In this document: positions 42,263-52,649 of the stretch, piece after piece | Position numbering within the stretch: position 1 is the first letter of the stretch | How the letters are laid out: each line of letters starts with the position of its first letter | Source: a bacterium | GTDB lineage: Bacteria; Bdellovibrionota_C; UBA2361; CALJRW01 | NCBI GenBank assembly: GCA_031385045.1 | Contig: JANNBC010000009.1 | Coordinates: 16,186 to 80,185, forward strand | DNA: 64,000 bases | Direction: 5' to 3' | Translations under genes and position numbers: made by a program | Notes under the pieces: generated by a model | The model's input: only the letters and a program-made list of their open reading frames with translations | Told to the model about the DNA's origin: nothing | The model's database searches: none

Positions 42263-43948
42263 TTGGTAAAGGAGACTCCAATTTCAACCTCAATTGAACC
42301 ACAATCAAAATCTGAAAATCAGTTAATTGGCAAAGTAATTCGTGTCTCTGCTGATAATGTTGGAATTCAACATAATTTAAATTTTGGTGAACAACTAAAT
42401 CCTACGGATCATAATTTAAAGATTGGAACTTTTATCATAATTCCTGGAACTGATTATATTTCACTAGGACAAATTACAGAGCTAAAAACAATTAGCTCGG
42501 AAGAATCTAAAATTCAAACAGAGGTGATTGTCCAATTACTCCTTAGTATTCAATTAAAGACGGCCAAAGTAATCCACGGAATTATCGAACAACCGCAGAT
42601 TGGAGCAAATGCGATAGTTGCTACTGCAGAAATTCTTAAATTAATTACTAACCCTGCGGCTAGTGCCTCGATTAAGGAAAGTCCCGTAAGCTTTTTAATT
42701 GCAAACTTACAAAATGCCATTAATGTACCAGTTGCCATCTCCCCAGAAACTTTATTTGGTCGCCACTGCGCAATCATTGGTACAACAGGTGCTGGGAAAA
42801 GCTGGACTATTGCTAGAATCTTAGAAGAAGCCGCTCGTTATAATTCAAAAATCATTCTTTTTGATGCCACAGGCGAATATCAAGATATTTCTACAAAGGT
42901 AAGACATGTTTACTTAGGAAACGATCCCGAGCCTGCGCTTAATTCTCAGGAGGTTGTCCTACCCTTTTACAACCTAACAGAAAACGATCTTTTTGCTATT
43001 TTTCAACCAAATGGAGAAAGCCAAGCGCCGAAACTGCGCGCTGCAATTAAAAGCCTAAAACTTGCTAATTTAAAGCCAGAAATTGCAATTTCTGGTAAAA
43101 TTATTAAAGCCAATCGATCAAAACTAGCCTATGAAAATGCTTATCAACAATTTGCAGAAGAACTAGAAAAAAATGGTATTTACTTTGAGATTGATTCTCT
43201 TGCTAGACAAATTGAAAATGAATGTGTCATTCCAGTACAAAGCTCTGTAGAAAGTAACTCCTGGGGAGCAATTGATCCAACTGACCGTTCTGCCTGTGTT
43301 TCATTAGTCTCTCGGATGGAAGAGATGCTTCGCTCCGATACACTAGCACCAATCTTTCGACCCCAAGGTAAAAAATCACTGCTTACTGAGATTGAGGAAT
43401 TTCTAAAAGATGATTCTAGTGCCATCCTCAGAATTTCTTTGCAATATTTATCTTATGATCATCATGCTAGAGAATTAATTACAAATGCTGCTGGTCGCTA
43501 CCTTTTAAATTTAGCTCGTAAGAATTATTTTAAACAACAACCAACTCTTATCTTACTAGATGAAGCTCATCAATTTTTAAATTTAGAAATTAATAACGAA
43601 GATCTTAATTATGCCTTGGATTCTTTTGCGATCTTAGCAAAAGAAGGTCGTAAATATGGAGTAAACCTTTGTATTGCTACACAACGACCAAGAGATATTC
43701 CCGAAGGAGTCATCAGTCAGATGGGAACTTTGATTGTGCATCGTTTAATTAATGATTACGATCGCAGTCTGGTGGAACGAGCCTGTGGACAATTAGATCA
43801 CCGCACAGTTCAAATGCTACCAAATCTTACAGCGGGTGAAGCAATTTTAGTTGGCGCAGAATTCCCTATCCCATTAATGATTAAAGTTATTCCTGCCAGA
43901 TGCAAACCAAATTCAGCTGGGCCGGATTATCAAAACTATTGGAAATGA
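42263..43948 (+). CDS. HerA / DUF87-like ATPase
   Basis: RHCAIIGTTGAGKS (Walker A), FDATGEY, LLDEAHQF (Walker B), AKEGRKYG, ATQRP. Confidence 0.9.
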   Translation: MVKETPISTSIEPQSKSENQLIGKVIRVSADNVGIQHNLNFGEQLNPTDHNLKIGTFIIIPGTDYISLGQITELKTISSEESKIQTEVIVQLLLSIQLKTAKVIHGIIEQPQIGANAIVATAEILKLITNPAASASIKESPVSFLIANLQNAINVPVAISPETLFGRHCAIIGTTGAGKSWTIARILEEAARYNSKIILFDATGEYQDISTKVRHVYLGNDPEPALNSQEVVLPFYNLTENDLFAIFQPNGESQAPKLRAAIKSLKLANLKPEIAISGKIIKANRSKLAYENAYQQFAEELEKNGIYFEIDSLARQIENECVIPVQSSVESNSWGAIDPTDRSACVSLVSRMEEMLRSDTLAPIFRPQGKKSLLTEIEEFLKDDSSAILRISLQYLSYDHHARELITNAAGRYLLNLARKNYFKQQPTLILLDEAHQFLNLEINNEDLNYALDSFAILAKEGRKYGVNLCIATQRPRDIPEGVISQMGTLIVHRLINDYDRSLVERACGQLDHRTVQMLPNLTAGEAILVGAEFPIPLMIKVIPARCKPNSAGPDYQNYWK

Positions 43949-44178
43949 CAATTGTTTTGTTTTTCTGAACCTTCTGCCTAATCTTTGTTGATTAGTAAAA
44001 ACAGCAGGAGACTCTCACAAAATGCATTTATTCTATAAGAATTACTAACTAATATCTACTGTTGATCAAGTTAAAAATTACCAACATTTTAAAAATTACT
44101 TAATATAAATTACAGAAGCTTATACATTAATGACAAATCACCATTGTTCGAATTTAAGACAAGCTAAGAAAATAATAT

Positions 44179-44442
44179 TTAGTTTTTAGAAATCGCCATG
44201 CAGATTAACAAGATGATAGATCTACTTGCAAGCAATAATCCTAATAAAATAATTGGTATCCAAAAATATCCTACATTTGAATTAATTAAATAACTACAAT
44301 TCTGAGGAGCAATAGATTCGAAATCTACGCCATACTCCCGAGCACATTCATGGAGTAGAATAATTGGTGTGTATGCTTCCGCAACAAAAGCATACAGAAT
44401 CAGGCCTGTTCCGATAATTACTTGTATCAGATTTTTCTTCAT
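44179..44442 (-). CDS. Small hypothetical membrane protein
   Basis: 87 aa with two hydrophobic segments. Confidence 0.5.
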   Translation of the reverse strand: MKKNLIQVIIGTGLILYAFVAEAYTPIILLHECAREYGVDFESIAPQNCSYLINSNVGYFWIPIILLGLLLASRSIILLICMAISKN

Positions 44443-44501
44443 AAAGACTCATCCAGGAGAAACTTGGTAACTAGACTTTAAATGACAACTTTTAAATGCA
44501 G

Positions 44502-45809
44502 CTATTTGTTCCATGCTAATTCTTTAAACTGTTCTTTAAGAGTACTCTCCCAAGAAAACTCTGTGGGGAAATCTTTCATTTGCTGATTCATCAAATTAGC
44601 AACTTCATTAATCAAATTCCTCTTAGCATCATGAGAAAAGTCAGACCAATTAGCATAGAACGTTTGATAAGATGGTAAATTCTGAGTAATTAATTGTAAC
44701 AGCTCACTAGCTATTAATTCTTTTGAAAAATTCTCAGTAGCATAATTTTTTACATCAGGACTAATTAACAATTTAGGATTAACTTGAAATTCTTTAAGCA
44801 ATTGGGCCAAGGTTTCCACCTCTTCCACCCCAGGAGCAATCTTATAGATTAAATTCTCAGGCAAATAATCGATCAATCCATAATCACTGGCCAGAATGAC
44901 TTTAGAGTTAGCCATGCTCACAGCTAAATATGGGCAAGGTTGCTCATAAACACTAAACAGTAAATGCATGGCGACTGAACTAGACTCGAGAATTAGCTCC
45001 CAATTTTTCAGTGTCCGACCAAAGCTTAGCGCAACTTGAGACTCAACTCTAAATTCTTTAATTAAAGACTCAGCAAGGTCTTTTTCCGTAGGTTCAATCA
45101 ACCAATTTAATTTCCAATCTGGATTTGCTTGCAAAGATTTTAGTAATTGTGGTGTGCGCTCAGCGATTGTTGGTTTAGCAGAACTAGCCAAGGCTAAACT
45201 TTTAACTACTTGCTGATTACTAGAAATTGTCACTGGAAAAGCTAAATGCTTTGGTTCTAAATTGCACTGCCGACTAATACTATCTACAAACATAGAACGT
45301 TTATATTCGCTAAGATTTTGAGGATTAGTGAATAACGCTTGTAGTGCATAGCCTGCTTCCCGATTACCAAAAGGTCCGACCGGTAAGTATTTATTACTGC
45401 GACTTGGCCAAACAATCTCAGGTTTTTTTAACTCTGGTAATACTTTCGTCCAAGGACTATTTAGAAAAGACTCCGCTCCATAATCAACAAAATTTAAATG
45501 ATGAAAAATTACCAATCCCGGGATAAGACCTAAATGTGCTCGAGAAAAATGACTACTAGTATGGTTTTCAACTTGATAAATAAATAAGTCAAATGGATTT
45601 AGCTGATGTTCCTGAACGGCAGTTAAATAGTGAGCTGAAGGATAATTTTCATACGGTTCAAAACTATCAGTAAAAACTTTTATCTCTAGATTTAGAGACA
45701 ATATAGGTAAAAGCTCTGCCGAAAAAATTTCACTGATACTTTCTGTGGAGGACTTACTTGGTGTAAACCAAGCAATGCGCATCTTCTTTAGAACATCTGA
45801 ACTATTCAC
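44502..45809 (-). CDS. Divergent GT-B glycosyltransferase
   Basis: MRIAWFTP...FSAELLP, IYQVEN...H; overlaps the upstream GT4 gene. Confidence 0.65.
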   Translation of the reverse strand: MNSSDVLKKMRIAWFTPSKSSTESISEIFSAELLPILSLNLEIKVFTDSFEPYENYPSAHYLTAVQEHQLNPFDLFIYQVENHTSSHFSRAHLGLIPGLVIFHHLNFVDYGAESFLNSPWTKVLPELKKPEIVWPSRSNKYLPVGPFGNREAGYALQALFTNPQNLSEYKRSMFVDSISRQCNLEPKHLAFPVTISSNQQVVKSLALASSAKPTIAERTPQLLKSLQANPDWKLNWLIEPTEKDLAESLIKEFRVESQVALSFGRTLKNWELILESSSVAMHLLFSVYEQPCPYLAVSMANSKVILASDYGLIDYLPENLIYKIAPGVEEVETLAQLLKEFQVNPKLLISPDVKNYATENFSKELIASELLQLITQNLPSYQTFYANWSDFSHDAKRNLINEVANLMNQQMKDFPTEFSWESTLKEQFKELAWNK

Positions 45810-46875
45810 AATTTAAGGGTGATAATAAACGTTCAATAATTCTATCCCATCCGGTAGAATTAAGACCTGACTGATCAATCCAAGCAAGACCATTTAAACC
45901 CAAATGTTTTGCCCAATCTTTATCTTCGACAAAACGATTTATACCATGACCAATACTATCAGGATTTGGGTCAACAATTAAACCATTCTCTTCATGCTTC
46001 ACAAATTCAAGTGTTCCCCCACTATCATTAGCTGTTAGTACTGGCTTACCAGAAGCCATTGCCTCTAGAGTTACGTAACCATAATCTTCATTATAAGGCG
46101 CATAGTAAACAGCTAGAGATTTTGCAAAGAGATCTACTAAATCTTCATTACTTACCCGGCCTAAAAATTCTACCCGATCTTGCAAATGGTGTTTGGCAAT
46201 TTCGTTCTGATAGTACTCCATAATTCCAGGTTCATCTGGTAATCCAACAATTTTAAGCTTAACTTGCTTATGTACTATCGGAAGTGCCTTGAGCATCAGA
46301 TCCACTCGCTTAATACTACACAGTCTACCAACTGATAAGATATACTCCTCAGCAGGTGCATTATAGTATTTACCAACTTGTGGCAAAGGCGGATACAAAA
46401 CTTCAGCCTGTAAATGATTGTAATGATTTAGGCGGTCGACAACATTCGCAGAGATTCCCGACAAATAGTCAGCCTCAGCCAGACATTTTTGATCAGCCGT
46501 AGCTATCATTGATCTTAATGCCTCGTCTCGTGGGTCATCTGAAAAATCAGCGAAGCGAGTTCCAAATAAATCATAAATAGCTCGGTGTTGATGAACTAAC
46601 CAAACACTTTTTTTCGTATGCTTAGCAAAATAATTTGGAAATTTCGTGGCAATTACTAAATCTGTTTTAACTGCACCCAACGTTGAGAAATCAATTGATC
46701 GATAATAAGCCGCTTGATTTAAGATCGATTCTTTAGGTAACACGGTGTAAGGCAATTCAATTAAGTCAGCGTTATGACCCCGAAGCTTTAACTCTCTTAG
46801 TAGATCTCTAACTAAGACTTCCATTCCACCAGAAGTGTAAGGAACTTTAACACCAAGAACAATAATATTTGCCAT
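45802..46875 (-). CDS. Glycosyltransferase family 4
   Basis: VGRL..IKR, PYNEDYGYVTLEAMASGKPV. Confidence 0.93.
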   Translation of the reverse strand: MANIIVLGVKVPYTSGGMEVLVRDLLRELKLRGHNADLIELPYTVLPKESILNQAAYYRSIDFSTLGAVKTDLVIATKFPNYFAKHTKKSVWLVHQHRAIYDLFGTRFADFSDDPRDEALRSMIATADQKCLAEADYLSGISANVVDRLNHYNHLQAEVLYPPLPQVGKYYNAPAEEYILSVGRLCSIKRVDLMLKALPIVHKQVKLKIVGLPDEPGIMEYYQNEIAKHHLQDRVEFLGRVSNEDLVDLFAKSLAVYYAPYNEDYGYVTLEAMASGKPVLTANDSGGTLEFVKHEENGLIVDPNPDSIGHGINRFVEDKDWAKHLGLNGLAWIDQSGLNSTGWDRIIERLLSPLNCE

Positions 46876-46886
46876 GTTTTACCTAT

Positions 46887-48329
46887 CTATTTCACTGAAC
46901 CAATAATGGCATAGTCCATAAAACCATACAGTAAGTTATTTAACTGTTGGATATTAGCATTAATTGTATCCACTGTACCTTGCCAACGCGGAGGCATTTG
47001 TTCATCAAGTGGAATTGTTCTTAACACTCCAGAAACCGGTGATAAGTATTTTACCTCATCAACTTGCAAACCTTTTAACTCCATTTGATACCTTAAAGTA
47101 TCTGGATGCATTGGCCAAACGTGTGTCGGATCGCGAAAATAATTAGAAGACAAGGCTAATAATGATTGCGGATTGATTGTTTCAAAAATGATCTTAGCAC
47201 CAGGAACAAGTTTCTCTTTAGCTAGATTAATTAATTGGTCTAAATAAGTTCGCTCCAGGTGCTCAACCACCTGCACCGCAATTAAACCACCAAGTGATGC
47301 ATTTGCTTGTGTCGATAGAAATTTTACAGCATCAACTAGTTGCACATTAAAGCCTTTCGTAGCGCAATGCTCAACCATGGCAGCATCAATATCAACTCCC
47401 AGAGCTGGAATATTATTAGCTTTAAAAAGCTCTAATAATTCACCACGCCCACTTCCGATCTCCATCACCGGCTTAGAAACATTTTGGAAATAAGGTAAAT
47501 AAACTTGAAGTCGTTTAGTAATTTCTTCCTCACTACCTCGGAAGCGATTTTCTAATAAAAGATATGAGTAGTCTGGCAATTCACCAGCTTGATTCTTTTT
47601 ACTGTTTGTTTCAAAACTAGAATCTTCCGGCTTACTAGTCACCTTCGCAACAAGTCCTTCTAGGCCCCGACAAACAGAATCAACAGTTTTAAAACTCTCT
47701 TGGTTCTGCTCTGCTAATCCCCGAACAACAGTGACTTCTTTTTGTAAGTTTTGAATATGAAACTGTAAATCTTTGCCAAAATTTTTCTCAGTGGAACGAA
47801 GGCTAGCCATCTGCTCATCAGCAAGTCTTTCGATATGTTGCAAAGACTTATTAATATCATAATCAATCTTCCGGATTAGTTCCCAAAAATTTTCACCATC
47901 TCGCGCATCAATATATTTTGCCGAGTGATTTAAATGCTTAACTAAATTAATTTGAAATTCTTGTTGAGCTTGAAAATGTGGTTGAAGCAGACCCCAAATA
48001 AATGGTAATGCCTTGCGTTTTAATTTAACAATAATCTTGCCAAAGATCCCAGCACGATGAGAATTAATCCAACTAACATCAGCCTGCTTTGGGATCACAT
48101 AGTTGAGATTCAGATAGCGTAATTCATCAGAATACACTAACTCTCCAGCCTTAACCGACTTACCCTGATAACTAGCAGTCGCCGGTTGAAATTCAATCTT
48201 ACTATGCCCAACATTTGCGATATCTGCCTCTACGTTAGAACGGATTTTAGCCATTATCTCTTGGACTGTGGGCTTGGAATTACTGGAGTTTGGGGTAGGC
48301 TCCACCATATTAATTGCATTATTAGACAT
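46887..48329 (-). CDS. Class I SAM methyltransferase with N-terminal coiled coil, glycan associated
   Basis: ENRFRGS, EIGSGRGE, QVVEHL, ETINP, DPTH. Confidence 0.88.
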   Translation of the reverse strand: MSNNAINMVEPTPNSSNSKPTVQEIMAKIRSNVEADIANVGHSKIEFQPATASYQGKSVKAGELVYSDELRYLNLNYVIPKQADVSWINSHRAGIFGKIIVKLKRKALPFIWGLLQPHFQAQQEFQINLVKHLNHSAKYIDARDGENFWELIRKIDYDINKSLQHIERLADEQMASLRSTEKNFGKDLQFHIQNLQKEVTVVRGLAEQNQESFKTVDSVCRGLEGLVAKVTSKPEDSSFETNSKKNQAGELPDYSYLLLENRFRGSEEEITKRLQVYLPYFQNVSKPVMEIGSGRGELLELFKANNIPALGVDIDAAMVEHCATKGFNVQLVDAVKFLSTQANASLGGLIAVQVVEHLERTYLDQLINLAKEKLVPGAKIIFETINPQSLLALSSNYFRDPTHVWPMHPDTLRYQMELKGLQVDEVKYLSPVSGVLRTIPLDEQMPPRWQGTVDTINANIQQLNNLLYGFMDYAIIGSVK

Positions 48330-48481
48330 GCTAAATTTTTACTATCTTGAAGAATATTTGGCAATGAGTATCAAAGAAATGTTTGGATAGTAAGTCAGAT
48401 AGAGGCAATTCTATAGACCTTAATCGATTTGCATACCCAAAACACCTTAGCACTTAGCAAAAATTAGTTTTGGACTCACTC

Positions 48482-49315
48482 TTACAACTTACTAATTATA
48501 TTTGAGAGCCGAACATAGTCTTCCACCGTTAAGTTCTCAGGTCGAGCATCGGGATTAAAACCATGCTCAACTAAAAATTCTTTAGGATGTTCAATTGTCA
48601 CAGCTTTTAATTTTTTTAATGTATTCGTAATTTTTTTGCGTCGCTCAGAAAACAAGGCCAGCACCACTTGCCTAAAAAGCAAGTCATCAGCAATCTGATA
48701 CTTTGGTTCCTTGTAAAATCTAAGTTCAATTACTTGAGATTCAACTTTTGCTTCCGGGTGAAAACAATCGCCAGCAACGATCGGGCCAAGCGAGGCCGCC
48801 GCTTTAATCTGAGTAAAGATGCTTAAAGATCCATAAGCCTTAGTATCGGCTTTCGCTGCTAGTCTAGCGGCGAACTCTTTCTGCAACATCAAAATGGCAC
48901 GATTTACTGATTTAGAAAAAGTCAGCAAATGGAAAATAATTTCCGAAGAGAAACTATAAGGTAGATTTCCAAAGACGGTTAAACCTTGTTCCACGCTAAA
49001 ATCATGTTCCTTCATTAACTCTTCCAAATCTAAGAAACGAACATCTTCATTAACAATAATTAAATTAGGATATTTTTTTTGCAAGTGCTGACAAAACTTC
49101 TCTTCAATTTCTACGACAATCAAATTTTCATAATCAGCTAACTCAGCAGTCAGAGCTCCTAAGCCTGGTCCAATTTCTAAAATCTGCTCTTCCTTTTGAG
49201 GATTAGCAAATTCTACAATTTCACTGATAACACTGGGAACAATTAAAAAGTTCTGTCCGCGATCTTTATTAGGTCGAACTCGTAATTGATATAATAAATC
49301 TTTAATATCATTCAT
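48482..49315 (-). CDS. rsmA: 16S rRNA dimethyladenosine transferase
   Basis: GQNFL, EIGPGLGALT, GNLPY, MLQKE, YGSLS. Confidence 0.95.
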   Translation of the reverse strand: MNDIKDLLYQLRVRPNKDRGQNFLIVPSVISEIVEFANPQKEEQILEIGPGLGALTAELADYENLIVVEIEEKFCQHLQKKYPNLIIVNEDVRFLDLEELMKEHDFSVEQGLTVFGNLPYSFSSEIIFHLLTFSKSVNRAILMLQKEFAARLAAKADTKAYGSLSIFTQIKAAASLGPIVAGDCFHPEAKVESQVIELRFYKEPKYQIADDLLFRQVVLALFSERRKKITNTLKKLKAVTIEHPKEFLVEHGFNPDARPENLTVEDYVRLSNIISKL

Positions 49316-49350
49316 GTTGATTATTTATCTTTAAAATAAGTCCTAGCAAA

Positions 49351-50361
49351 TTATTTTTGGAGTCCACTATAGTCAGGAATTCTAGAATAAACATTGGTCG
49401 TAGGATATGCTGGCAAATCAGCATCCAGGCGAGCCGCAGCAACTAAACCAATCATTCCAGCATTATCCATACAATGCTTAAAATCTGGATAATACACTTC
49501 TTCCGCTAATTTACTAACAGCCGAGCGTAGATATTTATTGGCGGCAACTCCTCCAGTAACAACGAGCCGTTCAATCCCAGTTTGCTTCTTAACTTTCTTT
49601 AATTTAAAAATCAGATTCTCAACAATTGAGCGCTGAATACTATGTGCTAAATTAGCTTGAATCTCTGGTGTTATTGGCTGATGCTCTTTGACTAATAACG
49701 AGATTGCCGTTTTTAAACCTGAGAAACTAAAATTTGTCTGGCCTTTCATTACAATCGGCAATGTATAAAGATCGGTATTAACCGTGTCCGCAAGCTTTGC
49801 TAGTTGCGGGCCACCTGGATATGCAAAGCCTAATAAGTGTGCCGATTTATCAAATGCTTCTCCCGCGGCATCATCAATTGTCTCGGATAATATTTGATAT
49901 TTTCCCAAATTTTCAACAAGTACGATTTGAGTATGACCTCCGGATACTAATAGTGCCAAGTAGGGAAATGTTAGCTTCGGATTATTTAAAAAGGCTGCTA
50001 GTAGATGTCCTTCAATATGATTAACCCCTAGTAGTCGCACACCAGAAGCCAAACTTAAACCCTGAGCAAAGCCTAGCCCTGTGAGTAAACATCCTTTGAG
50101 TCCTGGACCAATTGTTACAGCTAGAGCATCAAAGTCAGAAAGGTTTAAATTCAAGTCGCCTAGAGTCTGATCCAATAAAATTGGTAAATTTTTGGAATGC
50201 TCTCGAGCTGCTAATTCTGGAACTACTCCCCCATATTCTACATGAATTTCATTCTGCGAAAGAATTTGTTCAGCAAGAATGGTACAATTATTAAGACTCT
50301 GAAAATCGACAACCGCAATGGAAGTTTCATCACAACTAGTTTCAATTGCTAAAACTTTCAT
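49351..50361 (-). CDS. tsaD: tRNA threonylcarbamoyladenosine biosynthesis protein TsaD
   Basis: IETSCDET, YGGVVPELAAREH, HIEGH, VSGGHT, DDAAGEAFDK, DNAGMI. Confidence 0.97.
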   Translation of the reverse strand: MKVLAIETSCDETSIAVVDFQSLNNCTILAEQILSQNEIHVEYGGVVPELAAREHSKNLPILLDQTLGDLNLNLSDFDALAVTIGPGLKGCLLTGLGFAQGLSLASGVRLLGVNHIEGHLLAAFLNNPKLTFPYLALLVSGGHTQIVLVENLGKYQILSETIDDAAGEAFDKSAHLLGFAYPGGPQLAKLADTVNTDLYTLPIVMKGQTNFSFSGLKTAISLLVKEHQPITPEIQANLAHSIQRSIVENLIFKLKKVKKQTGIERLVVTGGVAANKYLRSAVSKLAEEVYYPDFKHCMDNAGMIGLVAAARLDADLPAYPTTNVYSRIPDYSGLQK

Positions 50362-50362
50362 C

Positions 50363-51226
50363 TTATTGAATTGCTGCTAAATACTTAGCAACAGCTTGCA
50401 AATCTTTTTCTGGAGCCATCGCATAAAAATTGGTTGGACAGTAATCAGTACTGACAATCTGCCCGGCAGGTGTTTGACCTGTTTTTAAGTACCTTAAAAA
50501 ATCTGCTTCCTGCCAATTCTTTAAATTAAAATTATATTTAGACTTTAGTGCCGGAGTAATTTTTTGCTGATCTCCTTTTAAGAGAATCTTACCGCCAGCT
50601 AAATATTTAGGTTCAGAAAAAAGTGGCTCATCCTCCTGATGACATCCAGCACAATCCGCAACTCGGTCGACTAAATACTTGCCATAAATCTTGGGATTAG
50701 TATCGCTAATTTCTGAAATATAACCATTAAACTCCGAACGTTCCTCAAATAATCCAGTAGTATTTCTTTGCCAAAATTTAATTTCACGACGATTGAAATC
50801 ATTTTTGACTGGGGTTAGAGTTTGTAAATATGCATAAATTGCCGTGAGATCATCATTACTCGCTTTCTTTAAGCCACGATGAAAATAACCAGACATAAAC
50901 TCTGTTTTTTTACTCTTATTTAATCTAATGGCATCAATGAAGTCAGAGAGATTGTAGTTACCGATACCTGAAATTGAAGGAGTGAGATTAGCAGCGAAAA
51001 GCAATCCATAATTATCAACTAACTCCCGACCACCAGCTAGCGTTGAGTTGGGATTGGCATTAATTCCATGACATGATCCACAGGCTCCAAAGCCCTGAAC
51101 TAACTCTTTCCCTCGCTGAACTTTATCTTTAGTTAAATTAACTTCAAGATTAAGGTTCGGTCTTTGCCAGCAACCTGTGAGCAGAAATAAAGTGATCGCA
51201 AAAGATAAGAATCGTTTATATGACAT
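50363..51226 (-). CDS. Diheme c-type cytochrome lipoprotein
   Basis: Lipobox LTGC; heme motifs CGSCH and CAGCH; NLTP motif. Confidence 0.85.
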   Translation of the reverse strand: MSYKRFLSFAITLFLLTGCWQRPNLNLEVNLTKDKVQRGKELVQGFGACGSCHGINANPNSTLAGGRELVDNYGLLFAANLTPSISGIGNYNLSDFIDAIRLNKSKKTEFMSGYFHRGLKKASNDDLTAIYAYLQTLTPVKNDFNRREIKFWQRNTTGLFEERSEFNGYISEISDTNPKIYGKYLVDRVADCAGCHQEDEPLFSEPKYLAGGKILLKGDQQKITPALKSKYNFNLKNWQEADFLRYLKTGQTPAGQIVSTDYCPTNFYAMAPEKDLQAVAKYLAAIQ

Positions 51227-51244
51227 ATAAATCTCAGTGTCAGT

Positions 51245-51655
51245 TTAGGACTGATGCTTCAGATAAGCCAATCTCAAGTTATGTAACATTTCTTGCATGA
51301 AGTTAGCCTCTTCTGGTTCCAAGTTGCCAACTGTTTTTTCTTGAAGCATGGCAATAATATCGATTGTTTGTTTGGCACCATCTAGATCAATACTCGCACC
51401 CATACCTTCTGGAGCAGGCAGTTCTCCCATTAAAATCAAGGCTTGTGTTGCTAAGGAAGCAATAAAAGATGGGAAATTAATTTGGAAATCTTGTTCAGAA
51501 TCAGCTCTAACAAATCCATGCTCCTCTTCTAATTCATTATCAGGCTGTTTCTCTGGAGTAACTTCCATCGATATCTTTTCATTACCAGAGTCATCAAATC
51601 TACGGCGATCATTTACTTTAAAAGATTTATTTTCTTCGTTTTCGTTCTTACTCAT
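51245..51655 (-). CDS. DUF1844 family protein
   Basis: FKVNDRRRF, SLATQALILMG, AKQTIDII.ML.EKT.GNL. Confidence 0.85.
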   Translation of the reverse strand: MSKNENEENKSFKVNDRRRFDDSGNEKISMEVTPEKQPDNELEEEHGFVRADSEQDFQINFPSFIASLATQALILMGELPAPEGMGASIDLDGAKQTIDIIAMLQEKTVGNLEPEEANFMQEMLHNLRLAYLKHQS

Positions 51656-51783
51656 ATTTTCAGTTATTAAATCTTAACTACATTATCTGCTTAGCTCTAC
51701 GGAAGAACTCCAACTGCTAAACAGAATAATTGGTAATTTTCTTTACTACTAGACACTTACACATAATATTATACAATAATAGT

Positions 51784-52560
51784 ATGAAATTTAAAATTCT
51801 TGGTTCTGGCGCCTCGATGGGGGTACCAATGATTGGTTGTAAATGTGCAGTTTGTACCTCTTCTGACCCGCGAAATATCCGTAGCCGCTGTTCTGTATTA
51901 ATCGAAAGTGACCAAGGGTACCAAATCCTAATCGATACTAGCCCTGATTTGCGACAGCAGATATTGGCTAATCAAATTGAGACAATTGACGCGGTCTACA
52001 TTACTCATTGCCATTTTGATCATGTCGAAGGCTTAAATGAACTCCGACCACTAAATTTTAAAAGTGGCAAACCAATCAAATTATTTATCCATGAAGATCA
52101 TAAAGAAAGCTTAATCACTCGCTTTGACTATATCTTTGAACCAAACATCGACTACCCTGGTGCACCTGCTGTTATTTTTGAAATCCACACTTTTAAATCT
52201 TATGAAAGTTTAGAAATTTTTGACTTAAAAATTCAAACTCTCTGGGCAGATCATGGAAATATCAATGTTGCAGGAATTATTTGCAATCAGATCGCCTATA
52301 TTCCTGACTGCAGTGGGTTTTCGGTCCAGGATCGTGAATTCCTTGATGGAATTGAACACTTAATAATTGATGGCATGTGGCCAGAAGTGATTACCAGAAA
52401 TCATTTTAATATTGAGCAGGCAATTGCTTTTGGCAAAGAGATTAAAGCAAAGAAAACATATCTAACCCACCTCTCTCATCGAGTCGATTATTTGGAACGC
52501 GCCAAGTATGAAACTGAAAATATTAAACTTTGTTATGATGGTCTGTTGCTCAACGTTTAA
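51784..52560 (+). CDS. Metallo-beta-lactamase fold hydrolase, PhnP-like
   Basis: LGSGASMGVPMIGCKCAVC, IDTSPDLRQQ, THCHFDH, LTHLSH. Confidence 0.92.
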   Translation: MKFKILGSGASMGVPMIGCKCAVCTSSDPRNIRSRCSVLIESDQGYQILIDTSPDLRQQILANQIETIDAVYITHCHFDHVEGLNELRPLNFKSGKPIKLFIHEDHKESLITRFDYIFEPNIDYPGAPAVIFEIHTFKSYESLEIFDLKIQTLWADHGNINVAGIICNQIAYIPDCSGFSVQDREFLDGIEHLIIDGMWPEVITRNHFNIEQAIAFGKEIKAKKTYLTHLSHRVDYLERAKYETENIKLCYDGLLLNV

Positions 52561-52601
52561 GAGATACTAGCGTCTAAGCTTACCTACGAAGCAAATTCCA
52601 T

Positions 52602-52629
52602 AAAAAAAGGAGCTAAAAGCTCCTTTTTT
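52602..52629. terminator. Bidirectional terminator
   Basis: AAAAAAAGGAGCT-AAA-AGCTCCTTTTTT between convergent genes. Confidence 0.8.
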
Positions 52630-52649
52630 CTTTTTAATAGCCTTTACAA

